57,592 nt of DNA, filler included, from Thelocarpon superellum (GCA_026025795.1; 2 parts of 2 records of this genome joined end to end with filler, not necessarily neighbours in it), one strand, 5' to 3'; positions 10,982 through 24,296 are shown, numbered from the whole stretch's first letter. Notes: generated from the letters alone by a model not told the origin. Numbers and translations: made by a program.

Positions 10982-13368
10982 TCACACCTTGCGACGAATC
11001 AAACCGCGGAAGAAATCAAAACTATTTCCGTCGCTCTGCAGCTGCCAGAAACGACCCGTTGCGCGATCTTCCCACCCTAGCTGCTCCATCAATAAGAGAC
11101 CCCAGTCGCGCGTGATGCCTTTGATGCGGGCTCGAAATACGCTGCCGTCGTCTCCTCCTCCACTCCCACTTCCACCTGCCCCACTTCTATCCCCCCTCCC
11201 CACCACCGTCGCTGCCGCGTCGTCACCCAGCGTGATGATCTGATCCGTATGCAGCCAGTGGCGGTAATAGCGCGACTCGAGATCGGCCGAAAAGCCAGCG
11301 TGTTGGAAGCGCACGTAGAGCGTTTCGAAGCTGGTGAGGATGCGCGCCAGCACTCTCTCGACTTGCATGGGCGCAAGCCTGGGGGGAAGGAGCGCGTTCA
11401 GGGAGGTTGTGGGCGCCGCGTTGTTTACGTTTAGGCCGATGCCTGCGCTTCTTAGAGGGGGGTCTTCATCGCGGGGTGGGTGGAGCGGAGATTGCTAGAA
11501 TAGGAAAGGGGAGCCTACCGACAACTAAGAGATACTCCTTCCCAGAGAAGCTGGAATTGACCAAGATTCCCCCAATCTTCACATATTTCTTCTCGCCGGG
11601 CGCTGTGGGGTCTGCTGCGTCTTAGGTGAGGTGGGTGGTTAGTTACATAAACGACGTGGCTGAGCAATTGAAAGGCGTACATATGTCGTTGGGCCATTTC
11701 AACATCACGGGTACAGTTTCATAGCCCACGTCGTACGTTTTGATGCCCTCGACAATGGCCAAAGCTGCCAGGTATTGAATGAACACCACCGGCGCCCGTC
11801 TTGACACATCCATGTCGTGTCGGATGCAGGTTGAGAAGACGAGGGAGCCGGCGGGTGAAACCCATACGTTGGATCCACGGCCTCGTCCTGCTAATTGCAT
11901 GCTTGCGGCGGTCGTGAAGCCGGTTGGTAGGCGCTGAAGAAGCTGGATATTCCTAGAACTCGCCACCAAGGTTAGAGGAGAAGCAGAGAGCGCGGTGGAA
12001 TGGGCCTACCTTTCTAACATCGTGTTTGTGCTCGTCACAACCTCCCCGTACATCAGAAACGTCCCGAATGTAGACGGGCCCGAAGCTGTGGCCCGATAAT
12101 GCTGCAGACACGTGTAATAGACCTGGTGGTTGAAATGAGGGGTCTCTTGGCTGGCTGGATAGGCATGTTCATGCACCTCTACTTCCTTTCTGACGGTGCT
12201 AGAGTCGAGTGACCCATCCATCTGAGGTGTCGGGACCAGTGTGTTCGCCCCTAGATCTTGGGCGTCGTCGGTAATGGCTGTAAGGGAAAGGGCTGAGGTA
12301 TCGATGAGTTGGAAAGTGTCATTTTCTCCCTGGATACACTTTCGATCACCCTCAATGACAATGAGATCTCGCAGACTGGACAAAAGGCTCGCAATATTGG
12401 ACGGCGTCAGGGCCGACAAGTGAAGGCGAGATAGAGAGGGTATGGGCGTGTCCTTCTCATTCAAAACGAGACCCAAGCGTGTCAAGCAAATCTTCAGGAA
12501 GTCGGTTCGTAAGGCTTCGTCTTTTGCAAGATCGTCAACAAGCTGTGGATAATTCGGCACGTCGGCTCCTTTGTTCAAATTGACCGCGGCAAACCTGGAC
12601 CGGTCAACCGCCTGCTACGTACGGCGATGCGAGGTGGACTCACTCTGGATGAGATCCCGTAAGAATGGCAGAGCCTTGGCCTACTCGGCAGTGGACCACG
12701 GCAGCCTGTCCACCACCGCCGTCCACATCCGTTGGCTCGACGTAGCTCGCCAATACTGTCACCTGATCCGACGGGAATGTGTCGGCATCGACAAATAAAC
12801 CACCGCCATTGTAGTACGATCGAAAGACGAATGAGTGAGACGGTGTATCTGTGTTGTTCCTCTCGACCCTGACCTTGGCAGCTCGAGCTCCCCGCTCACT
12901 GTGATAAACGAACCCCTTGTATGCGCAGCCTCGGCAGATACCAGGGAAGAAGGCCAGCTCTCTCTCTCCAACGACCTCTAGCTGTCGGTCGCCGACCTCA
13001 AATTCACACCGCGTGCTGCCGTAGTAGCCACCGGCGCAGAATCCTAGGTAGGCGCCGCCCCGTTGGACATATTGAGCAATCCGTCTGTTCCCTGCACCGT
13101 TGAGCGTGCGGCAGTAGCCCAGATCTGCTCCTCCGGGAAAGACCAGCAATGCACATGACGCGGTCCATGGCTCTTTGATGATCGTGTCTCCGCCCACGAG
13201 AGTGACCGCGTATTGGGGCGTGAGCAATCGCTGTAGGGAGTAGAGGCAGTGTCTGACAGACTCGGCAGAGCTGCCATTGCCTAGAAGTATCATTAGCAAG
13301 ACGGTCTCCTGCAAGGACGATAGCGGAATACCAGAGTATACCAAAACGTTGATTCGAGTGGTTGCCAT
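10982..13368 (-). CDS. BPL1: Biotin-protein ligase (holocarboxylase synthetase)
   Basis: N-terminal BPL_N region (NVLVYSG, LVFPGGADL, YLGFCAGGYY, HPE) and catalytic domain (VTSTNT, QLAGRGRGSNVWVSP, LKWPNDIY, KIGGILV, GIGLN), ending LQSDGNSFDFFRGLIRRK. Five GT-AG introns reconstructed in frame. Confidence 0.95.
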
Positions 13369-14204
13369 GACTGAACGTTGAGGACTTGACTTTCTTCTCC
13401 AATGGAGCGTGGGGCGAACTCGATACGTAGTCAAGCGACCGAGACTGTCTGACTGTCCAACTTACCACCCAACCCCGTCACTTCCAGGATATTTCACGCA
13501 CATTTCCAGCAGAGCATGGCGGACGGAAGGGCAGCGGACCAAACAACAAATGTCGGCCCAGATGACGACGAGCGCGATGACTGGTGGGTGGAGCTCTAAC
13601 GTGGAGCTCTTCTGTCGCTCACGCCGCTCGGCAGGGATAAACGGATCTTCAGCACTGGATGTGCGGGTGCGATCACCAACGGAACGTTGCATGGAACATG
13701 CACTGACGAGTCGTAGTGGAAAACACGAAGATGAATGACTGTTATTATGAGAAGCGGGACTGGAGATTGTGTAAGAAGGAGGTGTGTGCTGCTTCTCTTT
13801 CTGATTCTGATTCTGATTTTTTCGTGGATCGGCTGTAGGGTGGATCTGCACCTGTGGCGCTAGCTAGATTCTCAGCCTCTATTCTCAGCCTCTGGCTGTG
13901 GATGAAAGGTGGCTGAGCGTGCCTCTACAGATGGAAGCCTTCCGACAATGCTGGAAACGACGGGGCAACGAGACGCGGACGGAATCCAAAGATGTTTGAT
14001 GGATAGACATGTAATTAGTGTTATTGATGGGCAGCCAGAACTTCTGGGGAGTGGCATTCTATCGTCTATGGTGCCGGCCCGCCTATCTTGTGAATCGTGT
14101 GGCGCAGGGATCACACCGCAACGATCTTCGGGACTCAAGAAACCCACCCGTACGAGCATCCCCCAACAAGGACACTTTTCTGCAGCCCGCGTCAACACCA
14201 CACC

Positions 14205-15196
14205 ATGGCTTCGAGCCTGCGAAGATCATCAGCCCTGCTGCCGCACGGTTGGTCAGCCGTCTCTTCCCGATTCCGTCCTACATTGCCCGCACGACAAGCC
14301 CATCTCGGCCCGACAACGTCATGGACGTGTCGAAACAGGAAGCAGAGCTGTCACGCGGGACGACCCTCCGTCCGCTCGCCCTACAGGCCGGCAAGTACGG
14401 GAGGGGCCTTTACCAGCGCGTCCCACTCTTCTAGACAACTCCACCTCTCGGCGGCGACGAGGCCGCAGGCGCAGCAAAGCGTGGCCCTTCCCGATCCACC
14501 CACCACAGAGACGGCGACATCAAGCCCAATTCCGGAAATCAAAGATCTGACCGAGGGCTTCAGCGATGGTCCCCTGATTCTCGAGGAAGGAAATCGGCAA
14601 GTGGACTGGGCCCGCTCCTTTCACGGCCTTTCGTCGGAGCCCTTTTCGAAAGAGGCCGCCGAGATCCTTACGGAATCAATCTCTCCCGAAGATGTCGAGG
14701 TGAAACCCGATGGCATCATCTACTTGCCCGAGATCAAGTATCGTCGCATCTTGAACCGGGCCTTTGGACCGGGCGGATGGGGCATGGCGCCCCGTGGAGA
14801 GACCATGGTCACCGGCAAGAGCGTCACCCGAGAGTATGCCCTGGTCGCGCACGGAAGGTACAGCCGTCATCGAACATCCTTCCCTCACGTATGTGCTGAT
14901 GTTCCCCGTGCGTTAGATTGGTCTCGGTGGCTCGTGGTGAGCAAGACTACTTCTCCCCCGAGGGCATCTCCACTGCCGCCGAGGGCTGCAAATCCAACGC
15001 CCTGCGACGGTGCTGCAAGGACCTCGGCGTCGCCAGCGAACTGTGGGACCCGCGCTTCATCCGTACCTTTAAGGGCCAGCACGCCCGCGAGGTCTTTGTC
15101 GAGCATGTGCCCAGCAAGAAACGACGGAAGATGTGGTTCCGCAAGGACCAGCCCATCGCCTATCCCTACAAGGAGAGCAAAGGCTTTGGAGCCTAG
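14205..15196 (+). CDS. MGM101: Mitochondrial genome maintenance protein Mgm101 (Rad52-like)
   Basis: [67 protein letters not shown]; Arg/Ser-rich presequence; intron 14858-14916. Confidence 0.95.
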
Positions 15197-15344
15197 GCCT
15201 CGACGCCGTTTCTTTTAACATAGACCCACCCGGGTGTTTCTCCACTTTGAAGATTTTGCAGAGGTGAATACCCAAGATATGAGGCAAGCCAGGCTGCAAT
15301 ACTTCCCGAATGCGTCGAGGACGGACGATGGAGCCCCACTGTAG

Positions 15345-16476
15345 TCAGTAATCGTAAAATCCTTTTCCACTCTTCTTCCCAAGCCAGCCGGCGTCGACCA
15401 TCTTCCGCAAGAGCACGGCCGGTCGGTATTTGCTGTCGCTCGTCTCCTCGAAGAGAACCTTCATGATGGCGAGGCAGGTGTCGATGCCGATGAAATCCGC
15501 CAGCTGGAGTGGGCCCATGGGGACGTTGGTGCCGTTCTTCATGATATTGTCAATGTCCTCTTTCGTGCCAACGCCGGTCTCCAGACAGATGATGGCTTCG
15601 TTGATATAGGGCATCAAGATTCGGTTGGCCAAGAAGCCCGGCGAGTCCGCCGACTGTGAAGGGATTTTCCCCATCTCCTTCACAAAAGCCACGGCCTGAT
15701 CCACCGTCGCTTGCGACGTCTGAAGGCCCGTGATGATCTCCACACCCTTCTGGATCGGCACCGGGTTCATGAAGTGCGTCGAGATGACCCGCGACGCGGC
15801 CGAGAGGTTGGTGGGATCAGTCGTGGTCGAGGCCGCAATCCGCGTGATGGAGATGGACGAGGTGTTGGTCGCGAGAATGGCGTGAGAGGGGCAGATCTCC
15901 GCCAGCTTGGAGAAGATGGAGAATTTCAAATCCGGAATTTCCTATCGGTCGCGGTCAGTGCATGGCGCCCGAGCAGCGGATCGTTGGGTCGGACGTACCG
16001 GGACGGCCTCGATGACAAAGTCCACGTCCGACAGGATGTCAATACTCGTGCTGCTCGTCAAACGTTCTCTCGCCGCGCTGGCCTCGGCTTGCGAGAGTCG
16101 CTGCTTGGACACATCCTTCTCCAACAATTTATCTGGCAGACTGCTTCAGCGTCGACCATGGTCGAGTGTGAACGTATGCGTGCCCACCTGCGAACTTGAA
16201 GCCTTTGTCAATTGAAGCCTGGGAATTGTCCACGACTGCCACAGGCACCTGGGCTCTCTGTGCGGCGACCAACGCAATTCCCAACCCCTACGCCCTCCAT
16301 CAGCACGAACCCTTCGGCCATAAGCACTGGATTCCTCATCTAACCATTTGACCAGCCCCGATGACCCCGAGCTTCTTCACTTCCGCCGCTCTCGTGACGG
16401 ACGAGCTGAAGGAGCGGGCCGATGGTGCAGTCAGTGCCCGCCATGGCATCTGGCTTCGGGTGACAAGAGGCAGCAT
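15345..16476 (-). CDS. Mitochondrial 3-hydroxybutyryl-CoA / 3-hydroxyacyl-CoA dehydrogenase
   Basis: Presequence, then Rossmann motif LGVIGAGQM|GLGIA; FVIEAVP|EIPDLK, ILATNTSS, HFMNPVP, DSPGFLANR, PMGPLQLADFIGID, GWLGKKSGKGFYDY; three introns. Confidence 0.93.
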
Positions 16477-16689
16477 CCTCGCTGAGAGAAAGAGATGCAC
16501 GGGCAATTGGCTCTGATGTGCCCGAGCGACACCGCAATGATGTCTCTTGTGTGATATTCAGCCCCTCGACCGGGTTCTTGTCGGGCCTGAGGAGCCTCCG
16601 GTTAGTTCCGTACTCGCCCCAGTTGACCTCGGAAGCTCCCCGAATATACCTTCTCCGTATCACGTGCACTTGATTAGCGTGTTCATGCA

Positions 16690-16722
16690 CGTCGCGTCGT
16701 CCAAGAGTCGCGACGTTTACTA
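16690..16722. promoter_or_regulatory. Candidate MCB-like (CGCG) elements upstream of TOF1
   Basis: TCGCGTC (16692-16698, containing ACGCGA on the minus strand), TCGCGAC (16708-16714) and GTTTAC, 70-100 nt upstream of the TOF1 ATG in a 310-nt divergent promoter. Confidence 0.35.
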
Positions 16723-16786
16723 TGCGTCGCTAGCAGCGATTGTACCAACGACGATCGTGACACAGTCAAGCAGCCTACGACCGGCC

Positions 16787-19700
16787 ATGGAGCTGGACAG
16801 TGGTGAAAACGCGCCAGTCGATCCCGAAGTTCGAGCCTACATCTACAGCCTGGTCTCAGCGGTGAGAAACATATCAGGACGATTCCGGGATACGCCTACT
16901 GACAGTGAACCTAGCTAGGAGGGACGGGCGCGAGTGGAGATGGTCGTTATGTGCTCGGTGACGATGCGCTTGCGTGTCTAAAAGACATAAAGCGGTGGAT
17001 TAAGCTGTACGATGAGCGGCTCAACCGCCTGGACGTGGCTCGATGTCTTGGCGAGTCAAATCTTGTGCGCGGGGATTTACTCGAGATCCTGGCGTTATGG
17101 ACCGAGTCGGGGCTCGACGATCGACTCATGTCTAAGATCGCTCTTGCGTCTTGTCAGTCTCTCCAGTACGCTATGGAATTACGCGTGCTGATACTTCTTC
17201 GCAGTGGAGCTGCTTGTTCCCCTCACCTGGCCGATTGAGAAGAATGACCAGCAGATGACTCGCAACCACCATCGACACATGCCATACCTGCAGGCCGCGC
17301 AAACCATGTACAAGCGTTCCATCCTGACCTACGACGCCACCCCGATCCTCCGAGCCGCTGTGCGCCTGGGACTGCCTTCGATTGCTCTAGACCCGAGCGA
17401 GCGGACCGGCCGGGATGAGGGCATCATCAAAATCATTCTTTACTTTCTCCGCAATGTGGCCATGATTGCCTTGCCTCCCTGGGCATCGGACGAGGACGAT
17501 GAGGACAACTTGACACGCTCCGCGACGATCGAGGCTTTCCACGTCCAAGACATCTTCCAATTCCTCATGACAATTGGAGCCGGCATCGGCGAAGAGTTCA
17601 ACACCCAGGATGTTGTCGTCCTGGAAGTGCTCTTTCATATCCTCAAGGGCGTCGACATTGAAAAGCTCTTCATGAACGATATCCAGGTCGAGGCGAGCAA
17701 AGACAACGAGCTACGGACCCTCCTTGAGAAGGAGGCTGGCATGCGCCGGGACTACGCGCGAAATGCCCCGACCCGGCACAATCGATTCGGCACCATGATC
17801 TGGATCAAACGGGACGACAACCGCGTCTCCACCGTGTCCGGTCAAGACGTCCTCTTGAACAATCAGAAGAGTCTAGCCAAGATTGATGATTCAAAACAAT
17901 GGAAGCGGCCCAAGCCGAGAGTCAAGGAACCAGCCACGACACAAGTAGGTAGACGTACCTACCGAAAGCGGGATTCTTCTGACTAGTCTAACAGATTGAC
18001 ATGGACATGCCGACGCCCTTGACTCCCTGTGCCACCAGACATCTTCGTGCCTTTGTTGAAGACTTTCTGGATTCTGCCTTCAATCGTAAGTTGACTTGAG
18101 CTGGTGTACGCCCTGGTGCTGACAAGACGGTCCAGCTCTCTTCTCACACGTCCGGAAGGCCATCGAACGTGAGGCCGACCGCATCGTGGAGGCTCATCGT
18201 CGTCAGTTCTTCTACCTGGTCGGCTGGTTCTTGCAAGCCGAACGCGTGCGTCATCGCCAGGCCCGAGAAGGGAAAGGAGCCAGCCCGGCTTCGGAAGAAG
18301 ATGCGGACACGTATGCCGTCATCGCGAGCGTGCTGACCCAAGAGACCTTCATCGCCTTGAATCGCTTCATGCAGGAAAGCATCGACCAAAAGGAGTGGCA
18401 GGATTTGACGGCGGGCATGCGTTGCTTCACACAGATTGTACGTCTTGGCCACCTGCGTTTGTTGATGCCGCTCACGCTGATCTTTTGCACAGCTCCTCAC
18501 GGTTCAGGAGATGTCGGAATCTTCTCTTGAGGACGACCAGACCATCGCCGAAAACATCCTCAATCGCATCTTCTACGAGGAGACGACCCACGACCGGATG
18601 GTGATCGTCATTCGGTCGTACGCCAACCAGGGTCTCGGCTACCTCGACGCCTGTACCGAGCTGGCGCACGTCTATCTTCGGATGCTAGAGCACTACTCAA
18701 AGCAGAATATGGAGATGCAAGTCCGTTCTCGCCGAAGAGCACGTCGCAAGAAGAATGCAGTCATCGCGGCAGGAGAGGAGATGAAGGATGCGGCGGAAGA
18801 TGAGGCAGTGGCCGACGCGGAGGACATGGCTCACGCCCAGCGTGTCTCATCCGAGCGCAAATTCGACTTCCACCGATTCGCCGGCAAGTTTATGACTCAA
18901 GCCTGCGTGGACACCTTTGTTGCCTTGGCTAGGTGCTACGCCGATCTTACGCCGGAACAGCTGAAGCGCGCGCATCGGTTCTTCTATCGCGTGGCCTTCA
19001 AGATGGAGATGAGCGTGATGCTGATGCGAGTCGACATCGTCGCCCTCTTCTACAAGATGATCAAAGGTCCCCAAGGGCTGGTGCACAACAGCCCGGCATT
19101 TGGAGAATGGGATGAGATCATCCGGCAAATCTTCAAGCGACTGGCGCGAAAGATGGCGGATCGTCCGTCGCTTGTCGTGGAGATGCTCTTTAGCAAGATC
19201 AACGCGACGGTGCACTTCCTCGAGCACGGCCGCGACAAAGAGGTGACTGCCAGAATCCCACGAGCGCCGGCAGAGCTGGAAGTCAAGCCAGGGTTCGATC
19301 TCCAAGAACAGATCGGCATCGTGGTTTCAATTCTGTTGAATCTTGGCCAACAAGATACGCTAGAATGGATCGAGGACGTGTTGAAGGGGGCAATTATTGA
19401 GCGCCAAGCTTGGGAGGTACAAGCGATGGCCTTGCAATCGAATCAAGAAGATCCGCGGCCACGGGAAAATCTAGCGCCTCCTCCAGCCCCCTCGATGGTT
19501 GTCAAACCCGACAACGAGGCTCGACGACTGGCGATATTAAAGAACAACAAGCTCCGGCTGCTGATGACGCTCGTCGGCTTCCAGCAGCTGGGCGTCGATG
19601 ATGAGGTCCGGACGATGTGGACCATTCCTTCGTTCTTGACGTCGATCGGTTTGCGAGGATCCCTCGCAGCCATTGAGGCCGCCCGGTCCAGTCCTCCGGT

Positions 19701-20559
19701 CTTTGATGACGACAAGAGTGCCGAGGACCTCATCCGTCGCAAATCCGCTGCCCCACGTCGGCGGGCCGCGTTTGACGATGATTCAGATGACGGCATCGAC
19801 CACGACGAGGGCGAAGCCGATTTCATGTTTCCCGCTGGAGGTCCGACCTTCCGCAAGGCCGATGCGGTGAAGAAGCCGAAGAAACGTCGAAATCGAGATG
19901 ACGATGACACGGAACCCATGACAGATGCACAGCGCGAGGCGCGAGCTGAGGCGAGGCGAGAAGCCGATTTGGAGAGGCGGCGGAAGATTAAGAGTGCCCT
20001 CTACATCCATGACAGCGACGACGAGGACGATGAGGAGCGAGACCAGCAGTTCTTCCGGCAGGAAGAAAAGCGACGCGAGAAACAACAGCAGCAGGTCTTG
20101 AGTACCTTGGCCTCGCGGGCTTCCACGGGCGCCTTGCAAGCCGAGAAATCTGGGCAGAAAATGGATGGAAGTCGCAAGAGGAAAAGTGGACACGATGGCC
20201 GGGGCGGCCGGAAGTCACGAAGGGTCGCCCAAAGCTCATTAAGTGATGATGAGAACTCCATCATGACTAGTGCGGAGTCTTCCATCCACGCACTGAGTGA
20301 ATCCGCGGAGAGCACTGAGGAAGAGGAGAAGTTGGAGACACCGCCTTCGTCACCACGTCTCGTGTCGTCACAGGACGAGCTTCGTGAGCGAGCACGATCG
20401 ATGTCCGTTCGCAGCCCGGCGGCGACTTCAGTGACGAAGCTGGTCCGACATGATGAGCATGTGGTCGATTCAAACATGGACGATGAGGACGATGATGCTC
20501 CGGTGGCTATGTCGAGCAGGAGAGCTAGGGGAATTCTTATCGACAGCGACTCGGAATGA
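16787..20559 (+). CDS. TOF1: Topoisomerase 1-associated factor Tof1/Swi1/Timeless (fork protection complex)
   Basis: VDPEVRAYIYSLVSA|LGG...YVLGDDALACLKDIKRW, LELLVPLTWP, PTRHNRFGTMIWI, IAENILNRIFYEE, ERKFDFHRF, KRAHRFFYRVAFK; acidic/basic C-terminus; several GT-AG introns. Confidence 0.95.
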
Positions 20560-21204
20560 TGAGGGTATAGATAGGACGTGGGGTAATATATCGAAGGAGT
20601 GCCCCGACTCCGTTCGTGCAATTATTGAAATAGCAGGTCAATGGAGTAGTAGAGGGCTCCATGAATGTAGATCTCACTTATGAGAGTTTAGGAGACCTAT
20701 TGTTGTATAGCTCTCGGGTGTTGAACAGAGGCGACCCATGTTTACTGCGACAATCTCCTATTGTCGGAAACGAGCGTCAGGGGCACTTCCAAAATGACTG
20801 GGGGAGAGGACGAGTATCCTTCCGATCATACACGTAGACACCTCAGGCCATATCTTTGAGTAATGACGTAGATTTGGGGGATCTCCTGTCGAACGTATGT
20901 ATTGATCGAGACCCACCTTGTTACAACATCACAAATGTCAAGGACGAGTGGAGATTCCCTATTACATTGTCAATCAAATTTTCAACGAACAGGTAGTCCT
21001 GGGCACCCCTCAGCACCCACAATGCAAGCGCTGGACAGTGCCAGTGGGCCTAGGCGTAAGAGTAGTCCAGTGAATCGCAAGTGAGGGGTGATTGAGATCG
21101 TAGCTAAGCGTAGTCCTACTGTACCGAGTGACTACCCCCTATACGCAGTCACAGCATCCTCCTTCCTCGCCCCTCCTTCTCCAAGCGTCACCATCGACGC
21201 ACAG

Positions 21205-22418
21205 ATGACCAGGATGCCTGCGTCCCGCTTGCCTATCTTCAGCGGGGGAAGAGATCTTTGCCCAACTGGCAGAGCTCCTGCGGGGGCAACGCCTCATGAT
21301 CAGATGGGCGGCATGATCCCTCAGGGGATCAGAGCGAACCCTCCACAGGGTGAAGCGGCCAAGCTCATCACACGAACCGACACGCCCGTAACCCCCGTAC
21401 CTTCGGCACCGCCAACGCCGCGGAGCTCGATGACGAGCCCCGCCGAGATCGAGTGGGAGCTGGCCGAGGTAGGTGGCGTATCTCAAGTATCCTTCGCTCG
21501 TTCGCCGACGGCAAGATGAATGACACGTCTTCTTTCCAGATCCACTCCCCTCGGCCCACCGCCTTCTGGAGCGGCCGGTTCACCGGCCGGACGGACCGGT
21601 GCCTCAACGAGATGCTGGAGGCTCGGCTCGCAGTGGCTTCTCCCCGCCCCTGGCACCACCTCTCCTCGTCTACCTCTCCTCTCCCCTCCTCCTCCTCCTC
21701 CTCCTCCACCATTCGAGCTCCGGGCCAGGCGTGGCACCAGAGGCCGCAAGGCTCGTGCACGCCACCTTCGTCCTCTTCTCACCCCATCCACACACCCAGC
21801 TCGTTCGACGACACCACGGACGACGATCACCGCACCCAAATCGCTCTGCTTGCGTTGCAGCGGTCGTGCGCAAGCAGTCGAGCTCGCCAAAGCCTCGATA
21901 CCTTCCGCGAGCGATACTTGAGGGAGCGGTATATGTGGGAGCAGCGGTGCCGAGCTGTCAACAGCGCCGGGTATATCGCGGGGTACACTGTTGGCGGTGG
22001 CGGCTATGCGTATTATGGCGCCGGATGTGCTGTGGAGGAAGAGACCGTCGCTGCCGTGAGCACGGGCTCGGCCGCCGGGGCCAAAGACGGAGTCGGCAAA
22101 GGGGGCTGGAGCAGGTTACGAATCCTTGCATCCGGCGGCGGCAGCGGCAGTGGCAGCAGGAAGACAAAGAGCAGTGGAGACGTCGAGGTGGAGGTCGCGA
22201 GGGGAGAGACGTCCTTCTTCAGCAGGCTGTTCAGCGGCAGCGCCAAGTGGCGCAAGGGGAAGATGAAGACGAATGTGAAGGAAGACGCCGAGGGGAAGGC
22301 GAGAGCAGAGACACGAACCAAGGTGGAGGCACAGCCGGAGGCACAATCGCAAGGAGGGAGGGAAAGCGATGGCGGGGACCTGCGCCGGACGACCGGGGTA
22401 ACAAGCCTGGTCAGGTAG
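21205..22418 (+). CDS. Fungal protein of unknown function (PTAFWSGRF motif)
   Basis: Likely exon 21205-21468, phase-0 intron 21469-21515 (GTAGGT...AAG), then MNDTSSFQIHSPRPTAFWSGRFTGRTDRCLNE...DDDHRTQIALLALQRSCASSRARQSLDTFRERY. The motif resembles uncharacterised Pezizomycotina proteins (from recall); otherwise low complexity. Confidence 0.55.
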
Positions 22419-22482
22419 TCAGTCACTCGGTAGGTGACTGTAGCAATGGAGAGATGATCAGTTGGATGGTCCGGGTTCTTTG

Positions 22483-22521
22483 CATCATCATCAACATCAT
22501 CATCATCATCATTATCCTCAT
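22483..22521. repeat. Imperfect (CAT)n microsatellite
   Basis: catcatcatcaacatcatcatcatcatcattatcctcat, between two convergent gene ends. Confidence 0.85.
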
Positions 22522-22741
22522 CGTGACTTGGTGTCCGTGTTTGTTGAATGTGGTCAGTTGGATCGCGCATCATCAGGATCACTGTCGAACGGAAATCAGA
22601 TCTGCTTTCTCCTGGCGCCTGACTATATGCATCCGTACGCCGCTCCCTTCCATACGATACCCACCAGAACATTGCCCATGCCCTTCTCTACTTCCTTCGT
22701 CCTCGCGCTCGCGCTCGCGCTCCAGCCTTCTGAAGACGACA

Positions 22742-24296
22742 TCAGACCTTCTTGGCACGGCTTCGCAAAAAGGACGCAATCTGCTCGTGGCGGGTGACGA
22801 AAAACATGCGCTTGGCGTCGTTTTTCCAAACGAGGACGCCGATTTCGTCGGCGTAGGTACAGGGCGCAGCGTACTCGACGGCGCTCGCAAAGTCCTTGAA
22901 CAGGAAACCGCCCGTGGCTTTCATCCGCTCGCCTTCAATCTGCCACAGTCGGATCTGGTCCACCACTGTTGGCGGCAGGACGGGACTCGTCTTGTGCATC
23001 TGCAAATGCGCGTGCGTGCCGAGGTAGCTTATGATCTGCTCGCTTGTGATGCCGGTCGCGATGGCGCGTCGGATCGATTCGCGTGTGATTCGGCCCGAGA
23101 CCATGTTGGGGTATCGGGTGGAGAGGCGCGTGAAGAGCGCCAGAACGGCGATCTGAAGGGGTGAGGACGTGTAAGCGTAGAGTCGGAAATTCGTCTCGAT
23201 GATGATGAACCCTTTCCCGTCGCCGGCGCGTAGGGCGTTGTCGAAGCCTGCGCTGGCGCTGCGAAGAGCCCCCGCGTCCGATGTGAGCGTCGTGGCGAGT
23301 CGAGTGGGGTAGAAGCGTCTTGATGACGATTTGCGTCGGTAGATGATGCCAAAGTCCCGCAGATCGTCGAGCATCTGGATCTGCGTCGCGGTGAGAGTCG
23401 CCATGCTGTAGTCTTGCCCTAGCTCAAGACTGCCTAGCATGAAGAGGAACGAGAGCACGTCCACCGGGTCCATGTGAAGCTGGTCGCGTGTCAGATGGAT
23501 GAGTCGTGGAGATGGAGGAGATGGTGGGTAGACTGACGGCTTCCGCATTCTCCAAGTAGAAAATGAGCAGCGTCCAGACTTGCGCGTTGACTTCTTGTAG
23601 GAGAAATGAAAATCCCTCCTTGGTGATCTCCACAGACCGGCTCCGTATCTCGACCAGTCCGCCGAGCTCCAGCAGCTTCGTCACCCCCTGGCTTGGCCCT
23701 TCTCCGCCTCCGCTCAAGCCGATGCTCCCCACCATGTAATGCAAGATGCCCTCCCATTGTGATCGAGCAAAGGAGTCCAGGTAGTTGACGTCCACGTGGT
23801 GCTTGTCGGGCGCGTCGCAGGGAACGCCGAACGACTGGTGGTTGCCTCCCCCCGTCAACGCCAGCCGCAGCGAGGTCGCGAACGCATTTGTCAACTTCAG
23901 CGCTTGAGGTTGTCCAGACTCCGAGGCAACGGCAAGAATATGGAGGCGGAAGAGAAGCGAAAGAGCTCGGTCCTTCTCGCTGAGATGGTTCATCAGGGGG
24001 GAAGATCATCTGCACGGAAGCCTCTCACCGTTTGCTGCCGGGCTGGACCCATGAATCCAGCTCGCTGGTGAGAAGAGGGTGACGGATGTAGAGCATGGCC
24101 ATGACAAAGCTCTTGGCTGATGCGGGAACGGTCAGCTGGCTCTCTGATAACTCATCGGTTCCCTTAACATGCCTAGATGGGGTAGCATGCGCCGGAAAAT
24201 GGCCAAGGCCGTGGATGGTTGCTGGTACAGCCGTCGGAACACCGTACCTGGAAGTTGTTCCAGGTACTCAAACGAGCGTAGAGACGAGCCAGACAT
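22742..24296 (-). CDS. TFB2: TFIIH subunit Tfb2/p52
   Basis: [114 protein letters not shown]; three introns, the first GC-AG (24172-24117). Confidence 0.97.

Noticed and set aside
21599..23164. 521-aa plus-strand ORF
   Set aside because: Off-frame shadow of the unknown gene, running through a (CAT)n repeat and antisense to TFB2; no protein-like features.
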